Part shown: piece by piece, positions 28,771-40,200 of the stretch
Numbering within the stretch: the stretch's first letter is position 1
How the letters are laid out: each line of letters opens with the position of its first letter
Source: a candidate division FCPU426 bacterium
GTDB lineage: Bacteria > Oederibacteriota > Muellerivitia > Muellerivitales > Muellerivitaceae
Assembly (NCBI GenBank): GCA_963719085.1
Contig: CAVRAL010000001.1
Location: 448,001-512,000 of the forward strand
Direction: 5' to 3'
DNA length: 64,000 nucleotides
Position numbers and translations under genes: made by a program
Notes under the pieces: model-generated
Databases searched by the model: none
Seen by the model: only the letters and a program-made list of their open reading frames with translations
What the model was told of the DNA's origin: nothing

Positions 28771-30597
28771 TTATTTCTTGGTTTGGTCCGAATTAAGATC
28801 CATCACTTCCATTATACCTTGGATGGCTTTTTTAGCGATGGGAGCGGCCACATCCTTGCCGGTGCCGCCGTTTTCCGCTAGCACGGCCACCGCGATTTGG
28901 GGGTTCTCCACCGGCGCGAAACAAATGAACCAGGCGTGGAAGTTGGGGTTGCGGCTTCCCGAGGTTCCGGTTTTTCCGGCGATTTTAAGCCCCGGAATAC
29001 GGGCCTTCGCCCCGATGCCGCGTTCCACGTCGTTAAGCATCATGGCGGTTAAAAAGCCCGCGGTTTGGTGGCTGATGGTGTTCTTGTAAATGACCGGCTT
29101 GTTTTCTTGAAGCACCTTGCCGTCGATATTCGTCATCTTTTCCACCAGATAAGGCGACATCATCACGCCGTCATTGGCGATGGCGGCGGCGATGAGCGCG
29201 GCGTTCAGGGGAGTGATCCTAAAATTATCCCCCAGTCCGGTGGCGGATTGGGCCAGCTCATATTGGGACAGGCCCAGCTTGGGAGAAAAACTCATGGACA
29301 CCGGAATGTTGAGGGTCTTGGGCAGGGAATTGAAGCCGAAGCGGTTGTTGAATTCCAGGACCTTATCCTCGCCCAAGGCGAAGCCCAGTTTCGCGTAGGA
29401 CATATTGCAGGAAGCGTCAAAAGCCTCTTCCAGCGAGTGGATGGTCTTGTGTTTGGCCCAGTCATAAAAAACTTTGCCGTCGATATATTCGTAGCCTTTG
29501 CAATAAAGCGGGAACACCTGGTTGAGATTCAGGTTGGTTTCCACGGCGGCGGCCGAGGAGACGATTTTTACGATGGACCCGGGTTCATAAAGGCCCTCGA
29601 ACGCCCGGTTCTTGAGGGGCTGATTTTTATTGTCGACGTACGACCACCATCCGGAATGGATTTTTTCCGGCGTAAAGGTGGGCTGGGAAACGCAGCCCAA
29701 AATCTCGCCCGTGCGGGGGTTGAGCACCACAATGGAGCCCTTTTCCCAACCGAGAGCCTTGAAGATGGCGCTTTGAATCCGGCTGTCGATGGTCAGGTAA
29801 AGTTTGTTGCCCGGAAAGTAGCTTTGATAAACATTTTCCAAGCCCGTGGAGCCGTGGTTATTGTCGGCGCTGGAATCCACATAGCCGATCAAGTGGGCGA
29901 ATTCTTTGCCCATGGGATAACCCTTTTCGCCGTTTTTCAGCCATTGCAAGGCCAAGGGCTGGCCGTTACGGTCATAAATATAATAAATGGAACCCCGGTC
30001 CCGTTCTTCCCGGGCTTCTTCCACCAATTGCTGAAACTTCTTATTTTTAGGATCGTAGTTGAGGGCGGTCTCGTAATATTTTTCCCCCTTGGCCACCTGG
30101 CTCAAGGCCCTTTCGGCGGTCCCTAAGGCGATATAAACATTGGGATTGTTGGGTTGAAGCTCCAACGCGTGCTGGAGTTCCAGCTCCGCCTCTACATATT
30201 GGCCGTTGTCGATAAAACCTTGGCCGGTTTTTAAATGGTTGAAACGGCGGCTAAAACTAAGCCCGGCTTTCATGGCCTGGTCGTAAAAATCCTTGGCTTG
30301 ATCCAGGTGGTTTTCCTTGATTTCGACCATGCCCAAACCGTCGATGGCTTTGGCGTTGCCCGGGGAGCGGGTGAGCACCTTATTGAACTCCATCTTCGCC
30401 AGTTCCAGGTCCCCGGCGGTCCAGTATTTGAGCCCCTTGAGAAAGTTGTACTGGTTCATGAGGGAAGTCTTGAAGCTCAGCGCCCCGATCAGAAGAATCA
30501 GGATGAGCGCCGTAGTCCGTAAGGAGGGAAGCTTGGTTTTACGGCGTCGGGACAAGGATAAGGGTTTATAACGGCGGAAGGGGTCAATAACAGCCAT
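28771..30597 (-). CDS. Class B penicillin-binding transpeptidase (PbpA-like) with N-terminal TM and TPR repeats
   Basis: SxxK (PGSIVK), SxN (SCN), KTG (GKTGT); IYDRNG; about four TPRs. Confidence 0.88.
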   Translation of the reverse strand: MAVIDPFRRYKPLSLSRRRKTKLPSLRTTALILILLIGALSFKTSLMNQYNFLKGLKYWTAGDLELAKMEFNKVLTRSPGNAKAIDGLGMVEIKENHLDQAKDFYDQAMKAGLSFSRRFNHLKTGQGFIDNGQYVEAELELQHALELQPNNPNVYIALGTAERALSQVAKGEKYYETALNYDPKNKKFQQLVEEAREERDRGSIYYIYDRNGQPLALQWLKNGEKGYPMGKEFAHLIGYVDSSADNNHGSTGLENVYQSYFPGNKLYLTIDSRIQSAIFKALGWEKGSIVVLNPRTGEILGCVSQPTFTPEKIHSGWWSYVDNKNQPLKNRAFEGLYEPGSIVKIVSSAAAVETNLNLNQVFPLYCKGYEYIDGKVFYDWAKHKTIHSLEEAFDASCNMSYAKLGFALGEDKVLEFNNRFGFNSLPKTLNIPVSMSFSPKLGLSQYELAQSATGLGDNFRITPLNAALIAAAIANDGVMMSPYLVEKMTNIDGKVLQENKPVIYKNTISHQTAGFLTAMMLNDVERGIGAKARIPGLKIAGKTGTSGSRNPNFHAWFICFAPVENPQIAVAVLAENGGTGKDVAAPIAKKAIQGIMEVMDLNSDQTKK

Positions 30598-30847
30598 GGT
30601 GGAACGGCTCCTTAGTCAACGCATCCCCTGAAGGACGTCGTGATCAAACGGTTCGAAAGGTGAGGGAACATTTTAATTGGATTGCCCGGGGAATAAAGGA
30701 AAAAAACCGCGTCTTCGCCCGTAAAAGCCGGGCTTTTGGAAAGCGCGGCGTGTAAAAGCGCCGGAGGTCTTGATAAGATACGCTCGATTCCAATCGCGGA
30801 AGCTCCTTCGGCCTGATCCGGCCGAAACTGAAGAAGAGGAAAATCGC

Positions 30848-32083
30848 ATGTCCTTGACCGTCGGCTTTCTTATCTTTATCGGCTGCACCCAGCTGTTTCT
30901 TTTTTATTGGCTGGCGAAAAGAAACAACGGCGCTTCGCAAGAACTTTTGAAAAACATTGAGAAGCTGGAACGGGTCTTAAGGGAAGAAATGAGCCGCAAC
31001 CGGGAAGAGTCCCAGGGCGTGGCCCGGGGAAACCGGGAGGAAATCAACCACCAACTTCTTTCGTTGACCCAGACGAACGAACAGCGGTTGGAGCGGATGC
31101 GCGAAACCATCGAGTCCCGGTTGCGCCAGCTGCAGGAAGAAAACGGGTCCAAGCTTGACCAGATGCGGCAAGTGGTGGACGAGAAACTGCAAACCACCCT
31201 GGAAAAAAGACTGGGGGAATCCTTCAAGATGGTCAGCGACCGTTTGGAACAGGTCCACCAAGGCCTGGGCGAGATGCAGTCCCTGGCTTCCAATGTGGGC
31301 GATTTGAAAAAAGTGCTGACCAACGTGAAGACCCGGGGCACCTGGGGGGAAGTGCAGTTGGAAAGCCTTCTGCAACAAGTGCTCACCTCCGAGCAATACG
31401 CCAAGAATGTGGCCACTAAAAAAGGGAGCGAGGACCGGGTGGAATTCGCCATCCGCCTCCCCGGACGGGAGGACGGAAACGGCGGCCAAGTTTGGCTTCC
31501 GGTGGACGCCAAGTTCCCGCAGGAGGACTATCAACGTTTGGTGGAAGCCTTTGAGCAGGGGAACGTTTCTTTGGCGGAAGAGGCCTCGAAAAGTTTGGAG
31601 AACCGCATCAAGCTGGAGGCTAAAAATATCCGGGATAAATACTTGGACCCGCCCTACACGACCGATTTTGGCCTGATGTTCCTGCCGACGGAAGGCCTTT
31701 ACGCCGAGGTGGCCCGCCGCCCGGGCTTAATGGATATCTTGCAAAGGGATTTCCGGATCATCGTCAGCGGCCCCAATACCTTCGCGGCCCTGCTCAACAG
31801 CCTTCAAATGGGTTTTAAAACCTTGGCCATTGAGAAGCGTTCCAGCGAGGTTTGGGGGCTTTTAGGGGTGGTCAAAAACGAGTTTGGCAAGTTCGCGGCG
31901 CTCCTGGAGAAAACCCAGAAAAAAATACAAGAGGCCGGCAATACCATCGAGGACGCGGCCAAGAAGACCCGAACCATTGAAAGAAAACTGCGGGGCGTGG
32001 AATCGGCGCCGGGGACGCCCTTAGGTCTTGAGGATTCGGTCGAAAAACAACCGGAATTAAGCGAACTGGATCTGGGCGGCTAA
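30848..32083 (+). CDS. rmuC: DNA recombination protein RmuC
   Basis: N-terminal TM, coiled coil, KTRGTWGE, PVDAKFP, FLPTEGLYAE, SLQMGF. Confidence 0.93.
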   Translation: MSLTVGFLIFIGCTQLFLFYWLAKRNNGASQELLKNIEKLERVLREEMSRNREESQGVARGNREEINHQLLSLTQTNEQRLERMRETIESRLRQLQEENGSKLDQMRQVVDEKLQTTLEKRLGESFKMVSDRLEQVHQGLGEMQSLASNVGDLKKVLTNVKTRGTWGEVQLESLLQQVLTSEQYAKNVATKKGSEDRVEFAIRLPGREDGNGGQVWLPVDAKFPQEDYQRLVEAFEQGNVSLAEEASKSLENRIKLEAKNIRDKYLDPPYTTDFGLMFLPTEGLYAEVARRPGLMDILQRDFRIIVSGPNTFAALLNSLQMGFKTLAIEKRSSEVWGLLGVVKNEFGKFAALLEKTQKKIQEAGNTIEDAAKKTRTIERKLRGVESAPGTPLGLEDSVEKQPELSELDLGG

Positions 32084-32257
32084 AAAAACTGTTTATTTAT
32101 TGACCTCCTTTGTTCTTGAGATTAATAATATGTAAATCGCTTTCCTTCAAACGACGGTTGAAAAAATAAGTAAACCGCTCTTCTAGGAAAGCCACCGATT
32201 GGCCGCCTGAACCCCTGGTTTTTTGCCGGGCGCAGTAAGGATGGCAGAGGAGCTACC

Positions 32258-34474
32258 ATGCAAATCAATTCCCTGGTTCCCGGCTGTTTCCATCTGGAAG
32301 GCCCCACCTGCAGCGCGCTGCTCGGCAGTCCGCCTGAGATTTTAAAAGTCCTGATCAAAAACAAAAAGTCCGTCCCCCAAGTCGGTATTTTGCCCGATGT
32401 TTCCCATAAAAATGGTGTTTCCCAAATGGCGTTTGAGTTTTTGGGCTACTGGTTTCTTTTCGTGGATCAGGGCTATCAAAAGGGAAAAAAATTCCGCATT
32501 TTGGGCACCCCGGCCCTTTGCGAAAGGCTTTACCACATTCTTCGCGTCACGCTTCTGGGCCCCAGCCGCGAGGAGATGAAAGAATGGGGCCTGAGCAAAA
32601 GCCGCGTGGACACCCTCGTCAAGATGTCGGAAGGTTTGGCCTTGAAGCGGGGCGAAAAAGTCCTGGCGGTGGAAGAGCTTTTCGAGTTCATCCATTTGCC
32701 GGAAGAGGACGACAGCCTTTTCGTGCCGATTTTTTCCGATTCCAAAGATTATATGATTAAGCGTCTGGGGGAAAACCGGTATCAAATTCTGTCCCAGGGC
32801 GAAACCCTGGAGTTGGACTTAAACTTCGAGGGCGAACAATCGCCCCCCCTGATTGACTTGACCGGTGAGGTGGAAAAGCCGGAAGCTCTCCGGGTGAAGG
32901 TTTTGGGTTGTTACACCGGGTTTGACCCGGAAGGGCCCACCACGGGCATGCTTTTTTGGATCAACGGAAACGGCTTTCTCGTCGATTCGCCGGCGGGAAT
33001 CGGGAAGTATCTTAAACAAGTGGGTGTTTCCAAAGACCGTTTGACCGCCGTCATTCAAACCCACGTGCATGACGACCATTGCGCTTTGAGCGAGCTGCTT
33101 TTGTCCGAGCAGGTTTTAACCATCATCTCCACCCGTGAAATTTATGAGTGCATGGTCTTGAAGGTGGCCAATGTCATCGGGGAATCGACGGAGATGGTGA
33201 AGTCCATGATGCAATTCGTCGAGGTTATTCCGGGAAAAACCTACAACCTTTACGGCGCGGCTTGGGAATTTTTTTACACGGTTCATTCCATCCCCACGGT
33301 GGGATTCCGGGTGACGGTCCCGGACGAGAAGGGAAAAACCCACACGATTCTTCATTCCAGCGATTTGGACCATTTTGAGGGCATGCAGCAGTTGGTGGAC
33401 TCGGGCGCCATCAGCCAGGAACACATGGACCGCATGAAGGGGTTGGTCCGGGGAGATGAAAGGCTGGCCATGATCGACGCCGGCGGCGCGCCGATCCACG
33501 GGAAAACCTCGGATTGGGACGGCATGATCGCCCAATACCCGGACACTGAATTTCTCTTCTATCACGTGAACCCTTCCAAAGTGAACGCTGAAAAATACCA
33601 GGTGGCCCGGCCGGGTTGGGGCAAGACTTTTTTAGCCGAGCGCCAGTTTCCCCAATCGGTTTATAACGGCGTGGTGCAGGCCTTGAGATTATTCGAGATC
33701 AAAGACCAGTCTTGGACCAATATTTTGCTGTCCCAAGGCCAGGTGGTGGAATATCCGGCCAAGCACGAGGTCGTGCGCAAGGGCCAGGAAGGGGATTCTT
33801 TTTATTTTATCCTTTCCGGCAATTTGGACGTTTTGGATCCGGAGAACAAAAAGGAACCGCTTTTGGCCACCTTGGAAAGCGGCGATTTTTTTGGCGAGAT
33901 GTCGATCATCAACCGATCCAAAACGAACGCCACGGTGGTAAGCCGGACGCCGGTCATTCTTTTTAAACTTTCAGGCAGCTTGTTCTTGGAATTCGTGGAG
34001 AAAAACGAGCTCAAGGAAAATTTTTCCAGCCTCTGGAAAAGACGCCCGCTGATTTCCTCGGTGGCCATTTTCAGGGATCTGGATCCCACGGCCAAGCATG
34101 AGATATCCCTTTTGGCCAAGAGCCAGTCGTTTAAAAAAGGCGAATTGATCATGCGGCAGGGAAGCAAGACCGAGGAGTTTTACATCATTTCCTCGGGGAC
34201 CGTGGAGATTGTGCGTAAAAACGAAAACGGCAAAGTGGTGGTTTCCACTGAATTGAGGGCCGGGGAATTTTTCGGGGAAAACGTGGCGATTGGATACGTG
34301 GATAAACGAAACGCGTCGGCTTTGGCTTTAACCGACGTGACCACGCTGGTCATTTCGGGCCGGGAACTGCGCACGCTGGCCAAGCGGATGCCGGTCCTGC
34401 GCCATCAATTGCACGTGATCATGAAGCGGCGCGGAGTGACGGAAGAAGTTTTGGAAAAAGGCGTGGTTTTGTAG
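32258..34474 (+). CDS. Metallo-beta-lactamase-fold hydrolase fused to two cNMP-binding domains
   Basis: THVHDDH, HSIP, SSD, YH ligands; two FYxIxSG...FFGE cassettes. Confidence 0.82.
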   Translation: MQINSLVPGCFHLEGPTCSALLGSPPEILKVLIKNKKSVPQVGILPDVSHKNGVSQMAFEFLGYWFLFVDQGYQKGKKFRILGTPALCERLYHILRVTLLGPSREEMKEWGLSKSRVDTLVKMSEGLALKRGEKVLAVEELFEFIHLPEEDDSLFVPIFSDSKDYMIKRLGENRYQILSQGETLELDLNFEGEQSPPLIDLTGEVEKPEALRVKVLGCYTGFDPEGPTTGMLFWINGNGFLVDSPAGIGKYLKQVGVSKDRLTAVIQTHVHDDHCALSELLLSEQVLTIISTREIYECMVLKVANVIGESTEMVKSMMQFVEVIPGKTYNLYGAAWEFFYTVHSIPTVGFRVTVPDEKGKTHTILHSSDLDHFEGMQQLVDSGAISQEHMDRMKGLVRGDERLAMIDAGGAPIHGKTSDWDGMIAQYPDTEFLFYHVNPSKVNAEKYQVARPGWGKTFLAERQFPQSVYNGVVQALRLFEIKDQSWTNILLSQGQVVEYPAKHEVVRKGQEGDSFYFILSGNLDVLDPENKKEPLLATLESGDFFGEMSIINRSKTNATVVSRTPVILFKLSGSLFLEFVEKNELKENFSSLWKRRPLISSVAIFRDLDPTAKHEISLLAKSQSFKKGELIMRQGSKTEEFYIISSGTVEIVRKNENGKVVVSTELRAGEFFGENVAIGYVDKRNASALALTDVTTLVISGRELRTLAKRMPVLRHQLHVIMKRRGVTEEVLEKGVVL

Positions 34475-34637
34475 GTTTTTTTGTCTGATTTTTTAGTGTC
34501 AGAGGATTATCAAAAAGTCTAAAAATCGAACAAAGATGTCATTTTCCGTTTAACCTGTCCATTTAATCGGTTACTGAAAATACCCGTAATTCCTTAAAGA
34601 GTTTGATAAAGCGATTCACGGAAAAAGGGCATAGAAA

Positions 34638-36911
34638 TTGCCCTTTCTTCCATGGCCGGTGAAATTTTATTGCCCGGATCCCATGTTTAATTTCAGGAAA
34701 AGGTTTTCACGAGCGATGCTAAAAACGATTCAACAAATTATAAATTCACTTTATGCCGCTTTTTATTCGCCGGCTTTGGGAATGATTTTTTTCCTGATGG
34801 TCTGGCCTTCCTTTGGCTTTTCGGCGCCGTCCGCATTGACCGTTTCGGGAAACCGTATCGTTTCGTCCGGTGGTTGTACTTTTTTACTGAGGGGCGTGGA
34901 CGTGGACGGCCTGGAATTTTCGCCCGGCGGATACGGCCCGCCCAGCGGAAATAACGGGAGCACTTTGGCGGTGGTGGGAGAAGCGGTCACGGTTTGGGAT
35001 TCCAACGTCATCCGTCTTCCGCTCAACCAGGATTATTGGTTCGGGTGTAATGGCGCCAACGCCGCTTCCTATCAACAAGCGGTCAGCAATATCGTCAATT
35101 ATTGTTCCGCCCAAAATGTTTACGTTATTTTGGACCTGCACTGGTCGGGAACCTATAGCGGTACTTCCGCCACCAGTCCTTCGGGATGCAGCAGCGGGAA
35201 CGGATGGGGAAGCTCCAACGCGCAACAAGTGATGCCGGACTGGAACTCGGTGACCTTTTGGGGATCGGTGGCCACCGCTTTTTCCAATAATCCCGCCGTT
35301 CTCTTTGACCTCTATAACGAACCGCATCCGGATTCCAGCTTGGGCTCGCCGGGTGATTGGCAAGTTTGGCAAAATGGAGGCGCGACCAGCAGCACCCCCA
35401 GCCAAACGCCCGGGATGAAGAATCTTTTGAACGCCGTTCGGGCCACCGGCGCCAATAACATTTGTTTAGTGGGCGGTTTGCAATACGCCTATGACCTGTC
35501 CCAAGTAGACACCTATCCCGTCACCACTTCCACGAATGTCGGCAACGGGGTGGTTTATTCGGCCCACATCTATATCAACAAGGGAACACCCGGCCAAAGC
35601 ACTTGGGATCCCTATGTGACGACGGCCACCACCAACCATCCGGTCTTTATCGGGGAATATGGGCCCAGCCTGAGCTGCAATACGGATAGTTCGACCTTTG
35701 ATACGACTTTCTTCTCCTGGGCGAATGGTACCAACAGCAAAAGCTATGTTTATGGCGCCACCGCTTGGTCGATGACAACGGGTTCTTGCCCGAACCTGCT
35801 TTCGGATTGGAGCTTTGACACCACCAGCTGGGGTGCGGCGGTTAAAAATTGGCTGGCCACGCCGATTCCCACTTGCGGTTCGAGTCCTGTCAATACGGCC
35901 ACGCCCACGGTGACGCCGACCAAGACCCTTACTCCCACGGTTACGGCGACCGTGACCTCGACGCGGACCCTCACCCCCACCGCGACCTCGACCCCAACGC
36001 GTACCTTGACAGCCACACCTACCAAAACCCTGACCGCGAGCCCGACCTTCACGGCGACCGTGACCAGTACCAACACTTTAGCTTCCACACCGACTCCGAC
36101 CGTGACCGCCTCCCCTACCGCTACGAGGACGATGACCGCTACGGCGTCCGCTACCGCCACAAAGACAATGACCGCCACGGTAACACTGACCCGGACTCCA
36201 ACGGTGACCGCCACCTTGACCGTGACGAATACAATCACTTGGACACCTACCATCACCGACACGCCGAACGCCAGTTTCACCCCCAGCTTTACCCCGACGA
36301 TCACGCTGAGCCCGACCGTGACCGCTTCCGCTACTCCTACGGCGTCCGCTACCTCTACGGGAACAATGACTGCTACGGCAACCCTAACGGTTACGACGAT
36401 CCCGACTTCCACCCCAACCCTGACCGCCTCCGCTACCGCTACCTCGACGGCCACTCAAACCTTAACGCCTCTGTTCACTCCAACCGCTAGTTTCACCTTC
36501 ACCGCGACCCTTGTCCCGACCGCTACGGTGACTTTGACCCCCGTTCCGACGGGAACGGCGACTTTTTCTCCCACCTTGACCCCCACCGTTTATTTGCCGC
36601 CGACCGCCACGGCGACCTCGGCTTTTGGAGGGATGACTTTTGAGCCGCCTTACCCGAACCCCTCTTTTGGAAATCCAGTAACCTTGTTGGTGAATGTGCC
36701 TTCGACCGCCGCGGTGAAATGTTCAGTTTTCACGACGGCCTTCCGAAAAATATATGATGCGAATCAAACCATTATCGGAAATGGGAAGATGGTATGGAAT
36801 TTGTGTGATACGAGCGAAGTGCCGGTTTCAAACGGGGTTTACTATGTTCGTTTGGAAGTGGACTCGAATCATCCGCAGACCCAGATTTGGAAAGTGTTGG
36901 TATTGAAATAG
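34638..36911 (+). CDS. Secreted GH5 glycoside hydrolase + Thr-rich stalk + T9SS-like C-terminal domain (start may be 34683-34782)
   Basis: IRLPL, ILDLHW, NEP acid/base, HIY, IGEYG nucleophile; (T-X)n ~35890-36620; PYPNP...LVLK. Confidence 0.85.
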   Translation: MPFLPWPVKFYCPDPMFNFRKRFSRAMLKTIQQIINSLYAAFYSPALGMIFFLMVWPSFGFSAPSALTVSGNRIVSSGGCTFLLRGVDVDGLEFSPGGYGPPSGNNGSTLAVVGEAVTVWDSNVIRLPLNQDYWFGCNGANAASYQQAVSNIVNYCSAQNVYVILDLHWSGTYSGTSATSPSGCSSGNGWGSSNAQQVMPDWNSVTFWGSVATAFSNNPAVLFDLYNEPHPDSSLGSPGDWQVWQNGGATSSTPSQTPGMKNLLNAVRATGANNICLVGGLQYAYDLSQVDTYPVTTSTNVGNGVVYSAHIYINKGTPGQSTWDPYVTTATTNHPVFIGEYGPSLSCNTDSSTFDTTFFSWANGTNSKSYVYGATAWSMTTGSCPNLLSDWSFDTTSWGAAVKNWLATPIPTCGSSPVNTATPTVTPTKTLTPTVTATVTSTRTLTPTATSTPTRTLTATPTKTLTASPTFTATVTSTNTLASTPTPTVTASPTATRTMTATASATATKTMTATVTLTRTPTVTATLTVTNTITWTPTITDTPNASFTPSFTPTITLSPTVTASATPTASATSTGTMTATATLTVTTIPTSTPTLTASATATSTATQTLTPLFTPTASFTFTATLVPTATVTLTPVPTGTATFSPTLTPTVYLPPTATATSAFGGMTFEPPYPNPSFGNPVTLLVNVPSTAAVKCSVFTTAFRKIYDANQTIIGNGKMVWNLCDTSEVPVSNGVYYVRLEVDSNHPQTQIWKVLVLK

Positions 36912-37264
36912 CCGACTTTTATCATCGGGTTATTTCCCTTATTTTGTCAAAAGACCTACAGGAAGTAAGAAAGCGAACAGTTTTCCGCCCTGTTTCGCCT
37001 CCGAGGCTCACTTGGTTGTTTCGTTCAAATTCCGGATTTATCGATAAACATAAAAAACTATCAAAAAGGTATGGAAATTGCACTTTCATCTAATAGGATG
37101 AATGCGGGTTTTCGCCTTTCTTCAACTATCACTTCACTTTTCCCGCGATAAGCTCGAGATCTTGGTGACGATGTTTCTTGGCTTGACCCCTTGGGGGCCG
37201 TGGTCTTGAAACTTGCCGAGAGACGGACTGAAAAAGTAAATCGTTCCAAGAAAGCTAAAATCGA

Positions 37265-40200
37265 TTGAATTTTAAAATTTTAAAATTTAATTACAGCAAA
37301 AACTCCTTCCTTGGCTTGCTTTGCGCCTTGGCGCTTGGGTTTATGGGGGCGAGTTCCGCTTCGGCTCAAAATATCACGATCATCAGCGATAGCATCACGC
37401 CCGCCAATCCGGCGCCGGGGCAAAGTTTCCAACTCAGCGTCACTTACTGTAATAACCAAAATACCCAATCCGAATGGGAAGTCGCCCTCAGCAGCGCGGG
37501 TACGACGGTCTTGGCTTGCCCGACCAAGAACCAAGTGTTTTTGGTCGACAAGAACGGCGTGAATGTGGACGAATCCGATCCTTGCGCCGGCGCCTCAGGT
37601 TGCAATATGGGCTGGCTCATGACGCCGACGGACGCCCAGACCAGCGGTTCTTGCGTGACCTTCACCCATACCTGGAACCTGACCATGCCGAACAACGCTG
37701 TTTATGGCGGAACCTACAACCTGATCCTGGGCGGAGGGGTTTATTACGAACAGTGCGGAGCGACACCCCAGGGCGGCATGGAAGTCACCATTCCCATCAC
37801 GGTTCCGGTTCCCGCCACTTCGATCCTCAGCACCAGTAAAACGGCCGAAGGTGGAAACGCGGCTCCGGGCGATCTCATTCTTTTTACCGTCAATTATGAT
37901 TTTCTCAACGACACCAGTGGCGGAACCATTACGGATACCGTGCCGGCGGGAGTCACCATGGTTGAAATGGGTCCGGGTGCCCCTGTGGGCGATTCGAGTT
38001 CCGGCGTGGCCCCCGGCTCGACCCTGACTTGGACCGTGCCCGGCAGCGGTACTGAAGCGGAGGGACAGGTTTGGTTTTTGGGCCGGGTGTCTTCGACGGC
38101 GACGGCGGGAACCCTAATCAGCAATACGGCGAAGTTGGCGCTCAACGGAACGGGGTTGACGCAAAACACGAATACGGCCACCTCCACGGTCGGCGGAAGC
38201 GGATTTTCGCTCACCAAAACTCAATTTCCCCAGGCGAACCCCTTGGCCGCGGGGCAGAGTATTCTTTATGGTTTAAGCTACGTGGCCAACGGCTATAGTC
38301 TGCAATGGTACGATTCTTATGACAACGATGGGAATGGAACATTAGGGTCGGGATATGACGGAACGGGTTATACCGACGTTCCGGGCCAAACCACCGGCGG
38401 TTATACGGTCGCCACCGATTCCCAAGGCAATCATTATCTGGTGGCCACCTCGACCTACTCGACCTCGGGCGGGGACTATCCGTTGTACCTGCGCGGCAAC
38501 GGCGAAAATTTATGCGCGGGAACCTATGTGGTGGAAGGCGATGTGCAGATTCCCACGACGGCGCCGGGAGCCAGCGGTGCGAGCGCGGGGGCGGACGCCA
38601 GCATGGTTTTAGCTTACGGCGTCAATGGCGGGGTGACCCAGGCCTACATGGCCTCGATTTCCTTGGACAATGGTCCCGGATATCTCTTTGAGCAAGTCAA
38701 CAACGGAACCTCTTATACCTCGAAGGGCGGACTGACCTCTTATCCGCAGCCGGTCACCATCACGGCGGGAGTTTGGTACACGATAAAAGCCGTAATGACG
38801 GTGACGGCCGCCGGTTGCATGACGCTCACCCAATATGTGTGGGACCGCAATAATCCTTCGTTGGTCGACACCTACACCTATCCCCAGGATTGCACTTTCG
38901 GCGCGAACCTTTGCGCGGATAAATGGCAGCAAGGCTGGCAGGCGGACGCCACCTCGGGGATCGACTGGTATTCCAATTTGAAGTTTGAGCAGGCCGATCC
39001 GATCGTCAACGCCAAACTTTGGGACACGATTCCCACTGGCGTAACCTACACCGGCGAGAATACGACGAATTCCAATTCGGTTCCGGCGCCTACATTCAGC
39101 AACTCAGGCGGGGCCTTGACTTGGAGTTTTCCGGCCACCGTTTATAACCTCCAGGGCTCGGTTTCCTGGTGGGGCAACGTCAGCTGCACGGGCGCCGCCC
39201 AAACCATCATCAATTCCTTCTCCATGGGCGCGCAGGGAGTCAGCACGGCCCTTTCGAATTCAGTGACGGCCATCGTCCAATGCGCTTCGCCCACCCCGAC
39301 CCCGACCCCGACCGTCACGAATACCATTACGCCGACCCGCACCCCGACCCCCACGCCGACCATTACTCCCACGTCCACGCCGACCCCTACCCGCACGCCG
39401 ACCCCGACCCCCACGATCACCAATACCAATACCCCCACGTTCACCCCGACCTGGACCCCCACGCCGACCAATACCCGTACTCCCACGCCGACGCCGACGA
39501 TAACGCCGACGATGACGCCTACCAACACTCCGACGATGACACCCACCAAGACTCCGACCATCACGCCGATCTTCACGAATACTTATACGTGGACGCCCAC
39601 GGTGACTAATACCTTTACCCCCACGAACACGCCTACGCCCACCCCCACACGCACCCCCACCTTAAGCCCGACTCCGACAAATACAGTAACGGCTACTTGG
39701 ACCCCCACTTGGACTCCGACGCCGGTTCCTTCCGCCACCGTTACGCCGACCTTTACCCCGACTTTCACCTTCACGCCGACCTTTACGCCGACTGAAACGA
39801 ATACCATTACCCCGACCAATACCTTCACTGTGACGAATACGGACACCTTTACTCAGACACCCGTTCCTTCGGCGACGGACACCTTTACCTTTACGGTCAC
39901 CAATACGCCGACCTTCACCTTTACCTGGACCCAGACCTTTACGCCGACCCCGACGAATACGCCTCCATTTACGCCGACGAATACCTTTACCCCGACCTGG
40001 ACCTCGACCTTTACGAACACCTTCACGCCCACGACCACTTTCACGCCGACCCCGACCCCGACCCAAACCCCGAGCCCGACTCCGGCCACCTCGGTTCTAT
40101 TCACCAAAAAGGTCAATCCGACCACGGTCTCCGGGGGAGGGATATTGACCTATACCTTGAATATCGACGTTCAAAACAGCCCGTCGACGAATCCGGTAGT

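Noticed and set aside
30770..30847. 5' extensions of ORF-track calls (rmuC 30770, fcl 4024, hydrolase 14152, mtnA 53683, MerR 57756, ORF 721-1200)
   Set aside because: Downstream starts fit RBS positions and family N-termini better and avoid long overlaps
36912..37264. Possible riboswitch in the 350-bp leader of the DUF11 gene
   Set aside because: Some stems (tttcttgg/ccaagaaa) but no recognisable aptamer consensus such as c-di-GMP-I/II; needs an Rfam scan
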